From positions 58,714,001-58,778,000 of the forward strand of contig NC_043000.1 in assembly GCF_006345805.1 (NCBI RefSeq): 64,000 nt of DNA, given 5' to 3'. Both the position numbers and the translations under genes were made by a program. This stretch comes from Octopus sinensis. Its lineage: Eukaryota. The notes below the pieces were generated by a model. It made no database searches and was not told the origin of the DNA. It saw only the letters and a program-made list of their open reading frames with translations. Within the stretch, counting starts at the first letter, position 1; each line of letters starts with the position of its first letter. Below are positions 1 to 12,999 of this stretch, one piece after another.

Positions 1-300
1 TTTCTCCAGGCCGAGACGCTACTTCTCCGTACTGAGAGGTAGCACCTCTGGTGCTATAGAAATGTGATTAGAAGGTTGCACAAAAGAACCGCAGTGCGGA
101 TTCGTCAAGCTGAGCCAACCAGCAGCAGACCTAGGAGTAAACAAAGAAAGAGATGGTTGGATAATATTGATAACCACAGTTGGTCATGCTTGAGAATCCA
201 GCCAAGAAAGTCTAATGACAGTTGCCTCTGATAAAACCCTTTGAAGGAGGTTCCTGAAGGTTCAACCCCATGATCCATCCATTCCTGGATGGAATAATGA
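1..300 (+). mobile_element. degenerate 3' end of an RTE-type LINE
   Basis: Decayed translation resembles the RTE C-terminal region (RYFxxV...RPRG...W). Followed by a short-repeat tail. Confidence 0.4.
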
Positions 301-1407
301 TATAATATACATAATTTTTTCTAACTTTATATTCTATATCTAAAAAGAGGGTTGTTTTACTGCTTGAATTCTTACGAAAACTATGTAAGTAGAGAATTCT
401 TCTTTATTGATTTCAGTCATTAAACTGTGGCCATTCTGGAACACCAACTTTAAGGGTTTTTTTTTATTTTAGCCAATTATATTGACCTCGGTACTTTGTC
501 TGCTACTTATTCTTCTCCTAAGATACAAAAGTGCAAAAATGAACTTTGGCATGAGGACAGTTAATTCAATTGGCCATGTATATCGAAGAGTTTAAGATTT
601 CACGCTAGGAAAAGCAAATATAAATTCAAGAGGAGGTCTACATGGTGTTCTAAATAGTGTTCATCAACCAAATTTCACTTTCAAAACACTGGGTAACTCG
701 CAGCTGTCATAGAATCCACGTGTCTAAAACGCTACTCAGTGGACTTGAATCCTGAACTATAATTGGTAGGAAAATGAACTTCTCGATCTCTCATCCATAC
801 TTGTATGTCCATCACAAAGCATATGCTTGGTTTAAAGTATGGAATCGTATTTTTGAACGAAAAATAATTGAGTTGGGAATATGAAATATTCTTAATAAAA
901 AGTAGACAACACCGAACACTATAATGGCAGATTATTAACCAGAATTGTTAAAGCGTGGGGGAAATGCTTAGCGGCATTTCTTTATTTTTATGTGTATTTC
1001 TGTAGACATATTTGCTTGTGTGCGCGCGTACGCACTGATAACTAAATTTTCATTTTAATTTCTTTTCACGTTCTTTAACCTATAATAGTCGAGTTTCCAA
1101 TTTGTCATGTGATCCAGAATCTGCCAGTAATATTACAATACAGTTAATTTTGGGGAGCGCTTTATAAGATGACAACTGTTTATTATAGACATGGATGGTT
1201 TCAAACGGCTATTGCTATTGAAGTTTGTAGGTCCCAAACATGCTTAGTTATTGTTATATTATCTGTTTAATGTTATCAGTTAGTTTTTGTGATCTGAAAG
1301 GATTCGTCCGAAAGAGATCACATACATAAACCTACGTGCTTACATGCATAAACACATAAATAAACGTACACACGTATACGTATGTACACAGATACATACG
1401 TACGTAG

Positions 1408-1833
1408 TACATACATACATACATACATACATACATACATACATACATACATACATACATACATACATACATACATACATACATACGAGGGGGTACTGAA
1501 AATTTTCTAGCTTTAAGGCTATCGCGAATGGCTTGTTTGGAGGCCCAGCCTTCCGAGTTATTTTACAGGGTTTAGAAAAACTGAAGGGCCGCTACAATAA
1601 GTGTGTGAACCTGAGAGGGGAATATGTCAAATAAAATCATAATTAACTCATCCTCTTGAATTTTTTGTTACCCAAAGTCAGGAACTTTTCAGCACCCCTC
1701 GTACATACATACGTACATACATACAAACACACACACACATGTATACACACACACGCACGCACCCACGCACACACATACATACATACATACATACATATAC
1801 ATACATACATACATACATACATACATACATACA
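1408..1833. repeat. (TACA)n / (CA)n microsatellite interrupted by a mariner MITE
   Basis: Directly visible tandem array. Confidence 0.95.
1486..1701 (+). mobile_element. non-autonomous mariner element (216 bp)
   Basis: TIRs CGAGGGGGTACTGAAAATTTTCT / AGGAACTTTTCAGCACCCCTCG, TA TSDs at 1484-85 and 1702-03. The internal KCVNLRGEYVK* is a mariner transposase C-terminus. Confidence 0.85.
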
Positions 1834-2344
1834 TACTCTTATCTATAGTTCAGTTGTCCCGGCAATTATTGTTTAATTAAACGCTGCATCACTACTGACG
1901 TGCTTGAACAAGTCTGTTGCTAGTTGCCAGCTTCGCTTGGATTTTTATTTTTCCTTCTAATGGATCAAATATGACGGAATGATATCTAAACACTCCTTGT
2001 CATCTACATTTCGCTGCATAAATAAACTGCGCTCAAAAGCCAAAGACAAATAAGTCAATAAAATCTATTTTAATTCATGTTGAGTACATTACTAAATTTG
2101 AAGACGTAGTTTTACTTATATCAAACAGTGATGAGAAAGAAACACAATGGGTTGACTATACAAATATATTGTCTCTTAAAAAAACCAAAAAAATGACAGT
2201 CGTTTGCTGAGTTTAACCAGCTGTCGTCCATTTATGCATCACCAAATTTAACGTTAATTTTCCTTGGTTAGAAACTTCGGGCAATATATAACCAAACAAG
2301 AAGAAAAATAAATTTGAGATACCAAGAGTAATTCAATAAATATT

Positions 2345-2809
2345 CTACTACTACTAACACCACCACCACTACTACAGCTGCTGCTGCTACTACTACTATT
2401 GCAATTCTCTACGGTTTTGCTCTTCTGAGTTATCTATGTCATACCTCTCCGCAGTTTATACATGTAACTCTTTCGTCAACACCTGCGCTGTTCCAAGTAT
2501 GACCACTATCTGTGTTCTACCAAGAATGTCTGGTAGTTCCAATTTCTCATGCTAGGTTTTTTGGGTTTTTTTTTTCTTTGAGATGGTTCCGGGTACTCCA
2601 GTTACGATGGATATTACGCCCACTCTTGTGTCTCTATGAAAGTGTTCCAACTGAGATGTCATTCCTTGACACTTTCGGCTTTCTTATTCTGTTTTCAAGT
2701 TCTTTTGATTTGCAGATACCGCTACGTCAATGGAGACCCATTCTTTGGTCTCCTTCCATAGGAGAGTGATATCTGATCGACTGTGTTGCAGCTTCTTATC
2801 TGTGTAGAT
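2345..2809 (-). mobile_element. 3' fragment of an R4/Dong-like RLE LINE (continues at 5484-5522 across the hAT insertion)
   Basis: TDKKLQHSRSDITLLWKETKEWVSIDVAV...ISIVTGVPGT...ILGTAQVLTKELHV* is a restriction-like endonuclease (PD..D..K type, decayed). Ends in a trinucleotide tail. Confidence 0.75.
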
Positions 2810-5475
2810 CAGACATGTCAAATTCCCAGCCCGCGGGCCACTTCCGGCTCGTGCAGCAATTTCATCCGGCCCACGAGACCATTTTGATATCAACATGGAA
2901 TTAGTCCAAATGGCGGCATCAGCGAATAGAATTCTTTGCTGCCCTCAGCAACACCCATGCCTTCTTATTACAACTACACATACATAGTGTGTAGCTAAAG
3001 CAGGCCATTACATTATATATAGCACTGACTGCACTACCTTTCTTACTAAGTGTGTCCCCAAAAGTAGCAATAATTTATTACACGACTAGAAACAACACCA
3101 CTGTAATTATTACACCCTGTCTGTACAAAAAACACATTAAAGAGGCATGATAACACAGTCACAAGTCTTAACTGTAAATGCAACAAAGCATGCTGGAAAA
3201 CGCCTCCTTCGATTCTCCAATCGCGTGTTGTGAAGCGCTGATGGCGCAAAATCTACTAATCCCATAATGCACCGCAACAGCCGCCTTACCGGTCTTTCGG
3301 TGATCCTTTTCACGTGACGTCATTCAGTAGTAGTAACTATCTATATCAATGGCCAAGAGAAAAGTCGATGCTGAAAACAGAGCCTTTCAAATCCGGTGGG
3401 AAACCGAGTACATGTTTACTGACATTGAGGGCAAACCCGTGTGTCTTAATTGTGGTGCAAATGTTGCTGTACTTAAAGAGTATAATCTCAAACGCCACTA
3501 TGAGACAAACCATCACGACAGGTATAAATACTTCCCTGCTGAGCAGAAACAACGAAAGGTAGATGAGTTGAAGAAAAGCTCACATCACAACAGACCTTTT
3601 TTTTTTTAACCAAAGCAAAATTACAAAATGAAGCTGCTATTAAAGCAAGTTTTATTGTGACAGAGGAGATCGCAAAATCAGCCTAGCCATTTACCGAAGG
3701 AGGGTTTGTGGAGAGCTGCATGATAAAAATGTATAATGTTTTGTGTGCAGACAAGAAGCAACTGTTTGCTAATGTAAGTATTATCAGAAATACGGTTGCT
3801 GATCGGGTGTTTGAGATGGCCTCTGATTTGAAAACAGTTGATTGAAAAAGGAAAAGATTTTGTTGCATACTCTCTTGCTGTGGATGAGACTACGGACACG
3901 ACTGATACGGCACAGCTGGCTATCTTCATCCGTGGAGTAGACTCCAATTTGTTCGTCATGGAGGAAATTTTGGACATCAAATCGATGCACGGGACAACAA
4001 GAAGAAAAGACCTCTTTGAAAAAAATACGTTAGAGTGTAACTGACATGAAAATGTCTGGGGACAAACTTGTTGAACTTACAATAGATGGAGCACCGGCGA
4101 TGTGCGGGAATAAAAGTGGACTAGTGTGTAGGATACGTTTAAAGATGCACGAAGATAACTGCGCTGGTGAGTTGACAACATATCACTGCATCATACACCA
4201 GGAAACGCTGTGCGCTAAAGCCTTTAAAATGGGAATGTAACAAGCACTGTAACGCAAACCGTATACTTTATGCGATCCAAAGGGTTAAATCACCGCCAAT
4301 TTCAGTCTTTCCTGCGGGAAATACATTCAGAGTTCGCTGACGTGCCTTATCATTCGGAGGTGCGGTGGCTCAGTCTGGGAACGGTCCTCAATACAGTTTT
4401 TGTAGGGGTTGAGGAGATAGGTCAATTCATGGATAGTAAAGGAAAAGAATCCAAAGATCTGTGGAATGAAAAGTGGAAATGCGAGTTGGCGTTTCTGGTT
4501 GACATAACTGCGCATCTCAATGTTTTAAACTCCAGGGACGGGATCGCATGATCTGTGATATGTACGACGCAGTGAAGATATTTCAAGTGAAGCTGCGCTT
4601 ATGGGAGACACAAATGCACCAATTGAACTTGTCTCACTTTCCCTGTTGCCAAGTAATGTTGAGCCAAGTCAACGCCACGGTATTCCCAAAGCAACACTTT
4701 GCTGATAAATTGAGTGCGCACCGCACTGAATTCGCACGGCGCTTTAGTGACTTTAAAGCACAGAAAAATAATTTCGATCTGCTTCGCAACCTATTTGCCG
4801 TCAACGGGGAAACTGCGCCTGTACAGATTCAAATGGAGCTGATAGAACTGCAGTGTAATGGGACATTAAAAGCAAAGTACGACTCTGTGGGGCCCGCACA
4901 GTTCACTCGCTTCATGACTGAAGCAATTCCCCAGGTCCGTTTACATGCAGCTCCAACGCTGTTTTTGTTTGGAATCACATATCTGTGCGAGCAGCTGTTT
5001 TCTGTGATGAAGATGAATAAAACGTCTCACAGATGAACCCCTGCAATCCATTCTGAGAGTCTCGACAACACAGAACCTTACCCCAAACATCAATGAACTA
5101 AATTACCAAGAAAAGATGCCTAGTATATAGCTCGGACAAAATTGCATAAAGAAAAGTGAAAGTTTTTATTTATTATTTTAATTTTCACTAAAAAACACAT
5201 TTTCTTATTTATATTTTATTTTAATTTTGTGCAACTTGTTCTTATTTTAAATTTTTATAATTTTGACAGGAGATATTTTTATGCAGAGCAAAATATTTTA
5301 GGTAATTTACGTTAAAGTTAATTTTTTTCTAAATAAAATTATATACCATCTGTTTCAATACATGTTCATGTTCAAAAAGGTTTAGTCTGTTCAATAAATG
5401 TTTATCTTGTTCAGTCCGCGACCTAAGGTGCGCTTTGAGTTTTGGTCCCCTGTGCGATTAAGTTTGACACCCTTG
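2810..5475 (+). mobile_element. full-length hAT (Buster/Charlie/SPIN-like) DNA transposon, 2666 bp
   Basis: Imperfect TIRs CAGACATGTCAAATT / AGTTTGACACCCTTG. Perfect 8-bp TSD GTGTAGAT (2802-09, 5476-83) with the central TA typical of Buster elements. Contains a transposase. Confidence 0.93.
3349..5135 (+). pseudogene. frameshifted hAT transposase (GTF2IRD2/SPIN-like)
   Basis: ORF pieces 3349, 3838, 4046, 4270 and 4548 give BED-like CxxC...RHYETNH, YSLAVDETTD, IDGAPAM, HCIIHQE, EVRWLS and LCEQLFSVMK. Several frameshifts and stops. Confidence 0.9.
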
Positions 5476-6254
5476 GTGTAGATTGTCATATTCCACGTAA
5501 GTTTCACGAGTTCATTCTCTACAACAAGCAAGGGCTGTGTTCGTAACACTTGCCGGTACACTTTAGCCCATACCGCTTGTACACCTTCCTAGTGTACCCC
5601 CTGTGCAACTTTGTCATAGCGTTATCTGTACTCCTTCTGGATTAGTTTTGACCTGTGGTCGGTTTGTTCGACTTAAAGGTGGTGCTCCAGCATAGCTGCA
5701 GTCTCATGACTGAAACAAGTAAAAGAACAAAAGAATCCACAAACCTATTTGACTGCTTCAGATGAGTTTCCACATAAGCAGTCTCGAAAAGGTGATTAGT
5801 AAATGCAGCAATACCTAACGATTCAATTGCTACGACAATATTCTCATATTTCTTACTTCAATCAGCTGCAGGTCTCTTTCTCTTATTGAAACAAGGAAGA
5901 AAAAGAATATTTCTCTTCTTTTTTCTTTTTCTTTTTTTTTTGGGGGGGGGGGGTATTGTCATCAATTGTACCGAAGACTCTTTCGTGATCATCAAATGAC
6001 ATAAACTCACAACCTGTATCCTTAATGTAATATTATATAATGTGATCTGGAATAATCTTTACTTATATGTAAAGTCTCAAATCTCAACAGTAAAAAATGG
6101 TGAGAGGAAACTAATTACTTGAAATTTTTACGCTGGAAAAAATGAGAGCACTCAATGCGTTGCATAAAAATAATACATTTACCATAATATAGCAGATACA
6201 TCACAGTAGCATATTATCATAATATAGTAGATAAATATTGGTTTCAAATATTGG

Positions 6255-6425
6255 CACAAAGCCAGCAAGTTCAGGAGAGGGGTAAGTGGATTACATCGAC
6301 CCCCCAGTCCTCAGCTGGTAATTATTTTATCGACCCTGAAAGAGATAGTAGGCAAAATCACTCGACGAAATTTAAATTCAGAACGTTAAGACGGACGAAA
6401 CGCCGTTAAGAATTTAACCTGGTGT
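6255..6425 (-). mobile_element. SINE family B (Nin-domain-like) fragment
   Basis: Reverse complement of the GTCGACTTTGCCTTTCATCC...GGGGTCGATGTAATC motif seen intact at 35869. Confidence 0.7.
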
Positions 6426-6844
6426 TTTAAAGATTTATACTAGATAAATATTACTATCATATCATTTTAATATTGTAGATAAACCCACTACGTTTCTAAA
6501 AACCATTATTTAGATGAAAGTAATTCGAGTGGTTTACTCTGGAAGGTTTTCTCCAGGTGTATTATTTATCTATCTATAGCAGTGTGTTACCAACTTCCGC
6601 TTTGGCTTACGCAATACATGCACCCACCTGTATAAGTGCGCACACAAATAAACAGTAGAACATTTTCTAAGTAATCAGGCTCCATTTCTTAAATTATAAT
6701 TTGCTAGAATGATTTTATTAATGTCTACATTTGGCAAAAGTACCTGAGTTTTTGTTTATGTAATCATCTGGAGGCTTGAGTTTATTCAGAATTAAAAAAT
6801 TATCCGCAACACATAAGCTACATATTTTAGAATTATTGGTGTAC

Positions 6845-7238
6845 ACGCAAGCGTGACACTGTGGTAAGAAACTTACTTCCCAACCATGTGGTCTTGTGTT
6901 CAGTCCCCCTGCCTAGCACCTTGGGCAAGTGTCTCCTACTAAAATCCTCAGGCTTGTGAATGGATTTGACAGACGAAAGCTGAAAGAATCCCACCGTAGA
7001 TGTGTGTGTGTGTGTGTTTGTGTGTGTGAATATATGTACATACCTATGTGTGTTGATGTTTGTGCTTGTCCCCCACCACTGCTGGACAAATGGGATTGTT
7101 TTTCCTCCGAACTGATAGAATAAGTAGCAGGCTTTAAAAATATACGTAAGTACTGTAGCCGATTCGTTCGACTAAAACCCTTCAAAGTGGTGCTACAGCA
7201 TTGCCTCAGTCTAATAACTGAAGCAAGTATAATATAAA
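6845..7238 (+). mobile_element. SINE family A (tRNA-like head, central (GT)n, 3' GACTGAAACAAGTAAAAGA)
   Basis: Aligns by eye over its full length with the copy at 24911. Further partial copies at ~5560-5735(+), 7535-7775(-), 8164-8375(+), 12775-12995(+), 18768-19031(+), 36235-36520(-). Confidence 0.8.
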
Positions 7239-9344
7239 AGGTAACAGATTTAGTTTGTTTTGGTTCAGTATATCCTAAATGATTTTAAAGCTGATAATCC
7301 CGTTGTCTGTCACTTTTCAAATACAGCTTGAAAATATCGGGACATTCATCTTTTCATCGTTCCAGAAATTTGAAGTTTATCTATAGCAACAGATTTTAAT
7401 ATTCCCCTTAGTCATTCTGTTGTGGTGTTACGAGAAAGTATTTCGTTTTAAATAAACTCAAGTCTTCAAATGATAATTGAGATCAAATCCATGAATGATC
7501 GAGTTCGAACGGTTGCATCGCAGTACCTCCTGCTGGAAGAAGCCAAGAGTCAGCCGGCGAGCCTATTAATCCGCAAGTTGAATTAACTCAACCATTCAAG
7601 AACAAATCGAATCCATCCGACGGTCTTCTGCATTGTTTCCAGCAACTCAATTTTACTCCAAAAATTCAAATTAACCCAAAGCTATGGTAGAAGATTTTTG
7701 CTCAAGATGCCATGCAGTAAGACCGAACCCGGGACTACGTGAATGTGAAACGAACTTCTTTACCATACGACCATGCAAACTTAGATGATTCAATCAGAAA
7801 GTATTGTGCTTTAGTGTGAAGTTTCATGTAAAAGATATCTAATAACTGTTCAATATCTGGATTAATTACTGTCTTGCACTTACTAAAGCACACGGCGAGA
7901 GAGAATATTGGGGATTTTATGATTTCGTCGATTTATTAGTCCATCATTCATAAATGTTTCATAGGCAATAAAAAATAACAGTAAGTAATAAACAGAGAAT
8001 TGAAACGAAACTGTGTCACGGGCTTGATAGGTTGATCTTTGTTCCTTAAATGGGTAACCTTTACTATGCATTAGAATAGGAATTTATAAGCAAATGGAAT
8101 TCTATAAATTTTTTTTCCTGGGGTCGCTAGCTATGTTAGTGAAATAAAAACAAAATGCCTCATAGGCGCAGGCGTGACTGTGTGGTAAGAAGTTTGCTTC
8201 CCAACCACATGGTTCCGAGAGCAGTCTTTCGGGCAAGTGTCTTCTACTATAACCTCGAGCCGACTAAAGCCTTGTGGATGGATTTGGTAGACCGAAACTG
8301 AAAGAAGCCCGTCGTATATCTATGTGTGTGTGCGCGTGTGTGCGCGTGTGTGCGCGTGTGTGTTTGTCTGCATGTATGTGAGCTTATTTTTAAGTCTAAG
8401 TGCTACATGTTCCGGCGTAAGCACATGTATCAGTGTAACTACTATTGTTAGAATATGTAGTAGCACTTTAACTCAAAGAAGGTCAGGATATTGGCATTTG
8501 TATATATAAGTCGACTTGAAGATATTCCAGTTTTGGATGAAAAATGAAAATGCAGGCAAATATTGGTTGCATCATTTACTTAACAAACGTGAGAGCAGGA
8601 ATGTGAAGACCCTTCAACTGCAGGAATGAAGGACTACGTTTTTGGCAAATTTTGAGACCAAGAAAAATGGTGCTCTATTTTGTTATATTGGTTGATGAAA
8701 TGAATTAAGATGATGGCAGTAACTAACAAGTTTAGAAACGTGTTTTGAATAAAGATCTTGCGCTTCCCAAATTCACAAGCTAGCTGATGCTGGAATATGC
8801 ATGCATGGGCGTGAAGACAATGTATTAATTCTGCCATGTTTGTACAACTGTGACAAAGCATTATCACAAGAAACGTGTTTTCTCTTCATATAACGGCTTA
8901 CAATCTATAGAAAATGTAAGGACATTTTGTGGGCCAACAAAATAAATTCATTATATCTGACTCAAGAGAGAGGACGAGTGGTGCAGCAACAACGAGCGCT
9001 GAGGGCGGTAGAAACATTTGGCCCACAGACGCAACATATGACTCAACTAAACTTATGTCATTGAGCGGGGGCTTTTGTCGCCTACGCCGTTGGGTGACTC
9101 CGGGCTGATCTGAAGTCGCGATAGAAGAGAACGAAACACATATAGAGCTGCTTCACAGCTTGATGTGACATCAACTCCTGCATTCGGAGACGGAGCACCG
9201 AGCACTCTCAGCACACAAGTGTTTACCCTAAGTAGGCAGTACACCAAAGCGATGATCATGTTTAGTTGAAGTTAAATGTTAAAACCTGTCACAGTCACTG
9301 AAAATTAAACTTGTAGCATTTTATATACCACTAAAACTCTATGA

Positions 9345-9925
9345 TTGCTTGCTTGCGTGCTTGTCTGTAATTTAATACAGCCAAACCAGTGCATAATTTG
9401 AAAATACTCTGAAAGAAAGTATGTCCCTGAAATGTGAATACAAACAGAATAAAACAAGTTTCGCGTAGATCGGACCACGACTTCCCAAGATACACGGGCT
9501 TTTGGTGGGGGGGGGGGACACAAATTTAAGCAGTGAAACCTGAAGTTATTGCCCTTAACTGTGATAGTTTTGTTTGCGTGCTTCCTTGCGTGCATGCTTG
9601 TCTGTAATTTAATACGGCCAAACTAGCTAATAATGGGAAAATAGTCTGAAAGTAAAGTGCCCCTGAAATGGAAATACAAATGGAACAAGACAAGTTTTGC
9701 CTAAATCGTACCACGGGTTCCCGAGATACGCGGTTTTTTCGGGTACCTTTATGGATTGCCTGCTTGCGTGCTTCCTTGTGTGTTTTTTCTTTCTGTAATT
9801 TAATACAGCCAAAAGGACGCATAATGTGAAAATACTTTGAAAGTAAGGTACCATTGAAATATGAATACAAACAGAATAAAACAAATTTTGCGTAAATCGG
9901 AGCACGAGTACCCGAGATACGCAGT
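9345..9925. repeat. three imperfect direct copies of a ~160-bp core
   Basis: CTGTAATTTAATAC anchors at 9365, 9602 and 9793. Each copy continues ...CCTGAAAT(G/A)..AATACAAA...AAATCG.ACCACG...CC(C/A)AGATAC. Confidence 0.8.
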
Positions 9926-10939
9926 TTTTTCAGGTTATGTATCTTGTTTATAAGGACAGGCATAATGACAGTAACTGGCATATGGCCGGTGGACCTTCAG
10001 TCAACAGTCAGAACGGTCATCCGATCAATCCATATCAAATTATCAAACTACGAATAACTTGCGTCACTTCGTGGTGTTCCCATTTTATTGATAAAAATGT
10101 TTTGAATTTGAATTATTAACATTTCATGGTTTCGCCGTTGAAGTTAATAACAAACTCTATCAACAAAACGGTCGATGTTCGAACAGGTTCCAGCTTGTAG
10201 TCATTTAGGATCAATGTTCTGACTTCAGTTGTCATCTTCGTTTGTTTTGTTTGCATTTTTTACTTTTTGTTTTGCTTCTCTTGATAAACATATGCAGTAT
10301 CAGATATATATTGATGGCGTCTAACATGGAACACCAGCCAACGAACTAATAAGATGTACTTAAAAGAAAGAACAAACGCTTGTGTTTATATTAGATACAT
10401 CTCCTCCCACAGTTTAAACTTTCCGCTGTCAACTGCACAGTGAAAACTAACAGGAGATAAACATTTGAAATAATTACACACAACAGCTAACGCACAGTAT
10501 TTGGTAGCTAAACTAATTTGTTGTTAATATGCCTTAATTATAGAGTGATATACAGTTAACTATAATTAAAAGTTCGTGTAGCGGTAAGTTGTGGCATAAT
10601 GCAGGTGTTATCCAGTAGAAGAATAACTTTTACCAGAAAGCCTAGTATCTAATTTTTATAACTTGATGTAATACTTTGTGTCTTACTTTGAGACTCTATA
10701 AAACATCTATACCAGATATGATTTGACACCGTGAGCCAATGTCTAATAGCCGCTACCTAATCCTTTTAGCAATACACCTGTCATCTGTCATAAAGATAAT
10801 TGCCAAACGAGCCATCAAAAACGTTTCTACGTCAGGCACAGGCAACCCTTATCAAGAAGCAGGCCGCATGAGATGGCTCATCATTAGGGGGGGCGCACTA
10901 CTAAAAAAAAGTTTAAGTTAATTTTTTTTTTTTGTTAGG

Positions 10940-11182
10940 TGTATCATTCAAAAAGTCCCTTGTGCCAGAGGTCATCCATGACTGCCACCACGTGATTGAT
11001 CGACCTACTAAAAATTGAAGCAAATCTACCTCAGAATAGACCCTACCGTTTTATATGAGGAAAGGGTATAATAGATTCTGTAGTCCCGGATACTCCTAAA
11101 AAGATAGGGTGGTCTCGACTGAAATACTTTTGATCGTAGGTCTGTTCGATCAAGGTTGAACTGGGATTAAACAACAACAACA
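10940..11182 (-). mobile_element. dispersed SINE-like repeat (family D)
   Basis: Reverse complement of TTGTT(G)TTTAGCC..AGGTCAG..CTGATC.AGCAGACCTATGATCAAA. Related copies at ~24712-24860(+) and ~46170-46360(+). Confidence 0.6.
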
Positions 11183-11984
11183 ATCTACATACAATACTTT
11201 TGTCTAAGTGGATGAAAATGTATTTCTGAAGAACAGTCCATTGCTTGGTTAAAATTGTAGAAACATTTGTTGGGGCTTTATTGAGATTTAGGGCTCTAGG
11301 TTATACTAGCTTTTGATAAGCTCTAACTATAGTTAAACATGTCTGTAATTGTCACTTCGCCCGCTAACAACGGCCAGGATTTTCCCTAAAGCATAAATTC
11401 AATTTTCTGTAAAGTTATTGCTTAATTTCTTGAAAATTGTCTCCCTTCTCTTTGAGAGTTATTAACAATTGCCACTATTTTTGTTTTTAAAAACTAAGAG
11501 GAAAAATTCGTTCTATTTAGAACTTAATTCGTAGGTTATTCAATATGTCACTATCTATCTGAATTACACAGCAAGGAGACTGTTCCAGAACAGTGTGGAT
11601 TTGGAAATTATTTTACATTAGTGGTATGTCCATACCAAGAAGAATTGATGTAGTTTGTTTGAGCCATAAAGAGTAAGGGTCATGGAAAAAAAAACAATAT
11701 TCACTGCTGGAGAACACCGACAAATCACAGGAAAGTCAGTGTGTTGAATAAAGAATAAGAAACGCATCCTTGGTAAGTTGGTTGCTCTTCCTCTGAATTT
11801 GACCGAGGATGTCAATAACTGAATTAGGACTGTTTAACAAACTAAAATATAACAAAGGAAAAGTAGAATGTGTATAGTAGGGGTTCTTAACCCTTTCCGT
11901 TTCATTTATCCTCTTGGAACTTATAAAACAGTATATTTATCACCACCACCACTACTCTGTTTTGTTCAGTAATTTGAGTTTACT

Positions 11985-12760
11985 ACCATTATAAAACAAC
12001 CGACAAAGAAAAAATTGAAAGTAATATTTTTAAACATTAAAGACTTTCTTGAAGACAATAGAATACTAGGTGACAACGATTGGCACGAATTGCATGAAAC
12101 CAAGTTATACAAATACAACAGTGCATTCTTGAAGAAATTCACATAATACAAGGAAACGTATCTTTGCTACAGTAACCATGAGACCGCTTTCTCGTTAATC
12201 TCTATTCTTTCACCTTGATGAGAAAGAATCAAAAGGACTTGTGAGCTATTGTGAAAATGATTTTCCGCAAATGGACAGGTATCAGCTATGTCGTATAAAA
12301 GTAATTTATTCTAAATAGCAATCGTATATATATAGCTACTATAAATGGACTAGTTTTCAACAAACAAGCCATCAAATGTGCATTATCTTAATTTGAATGG
12401 ACAGGTGTTAATTTTTCTACAAAGCCTGTTCTAAGGGCACATTGAGCGCTTGAACATTTACACACTGAACAACTCCAACCCCCAAAATTCAATTTTGTCA
12501 CCGGTTCATGTTTTACGAGAAACTATTTTTGGAATTACAGCCATTCTACCTGGGATAGAGAAAATAGAGGACATAGTGACATGATCAAGGTTTCAGCGAA
12601 TTCGCTAACTGACTCGCGATTATTGGGACATAATGCTTATTTGTGTGAATACTAACAAGTCATTATGAACGGATCTATTATGCATGCTTATGATTTTGAA
12701 ATGTTTCGGTTTGAAGGAAGCTTATCACAAAAGTACATTGTTGATAGCTATTCTAGGTAT
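11985..12760 (+). pseudogene. highly decayed Helitron Rep N-terminal fragment
   Basis: Pieces LYKYNSAF, FLVNLYSFHLDEKESK and FRFEGSLSQKYIVDSYSR resemble Helitron IRKYNSAF / FLQIYF / LFQQYIVDMYAK motifs in the right order. Confidence 0.5.
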
Positions 12761-12999
12761 GTATATATACACATACATGTGTGTGTGTCCTTGTGTTTGT
12801 GTTCTCGTCCCCGTCGTCGCTTAGCAACCAGTGTGTGTTTGCGTCCCCGTGACTTAGCGGTTAGGCAGAGGAGACCTATCTTTCCCAACACCAGGCTTGA
12901 TAAAGATAGGTACTGGGTCGATTCATTCGACTAAATGTTCTTCAAGGCGGTACCCCAGCTTGGCTGCAGTCTAATAACTGAAATAAGCTTAAAAAGGAA

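Noticed and set aside
5759-5790. CAGATGAG...CTCGAAA as a hammerhead
   Set aside because: U4 is missing, stem II is out of register and there is no NUH site.
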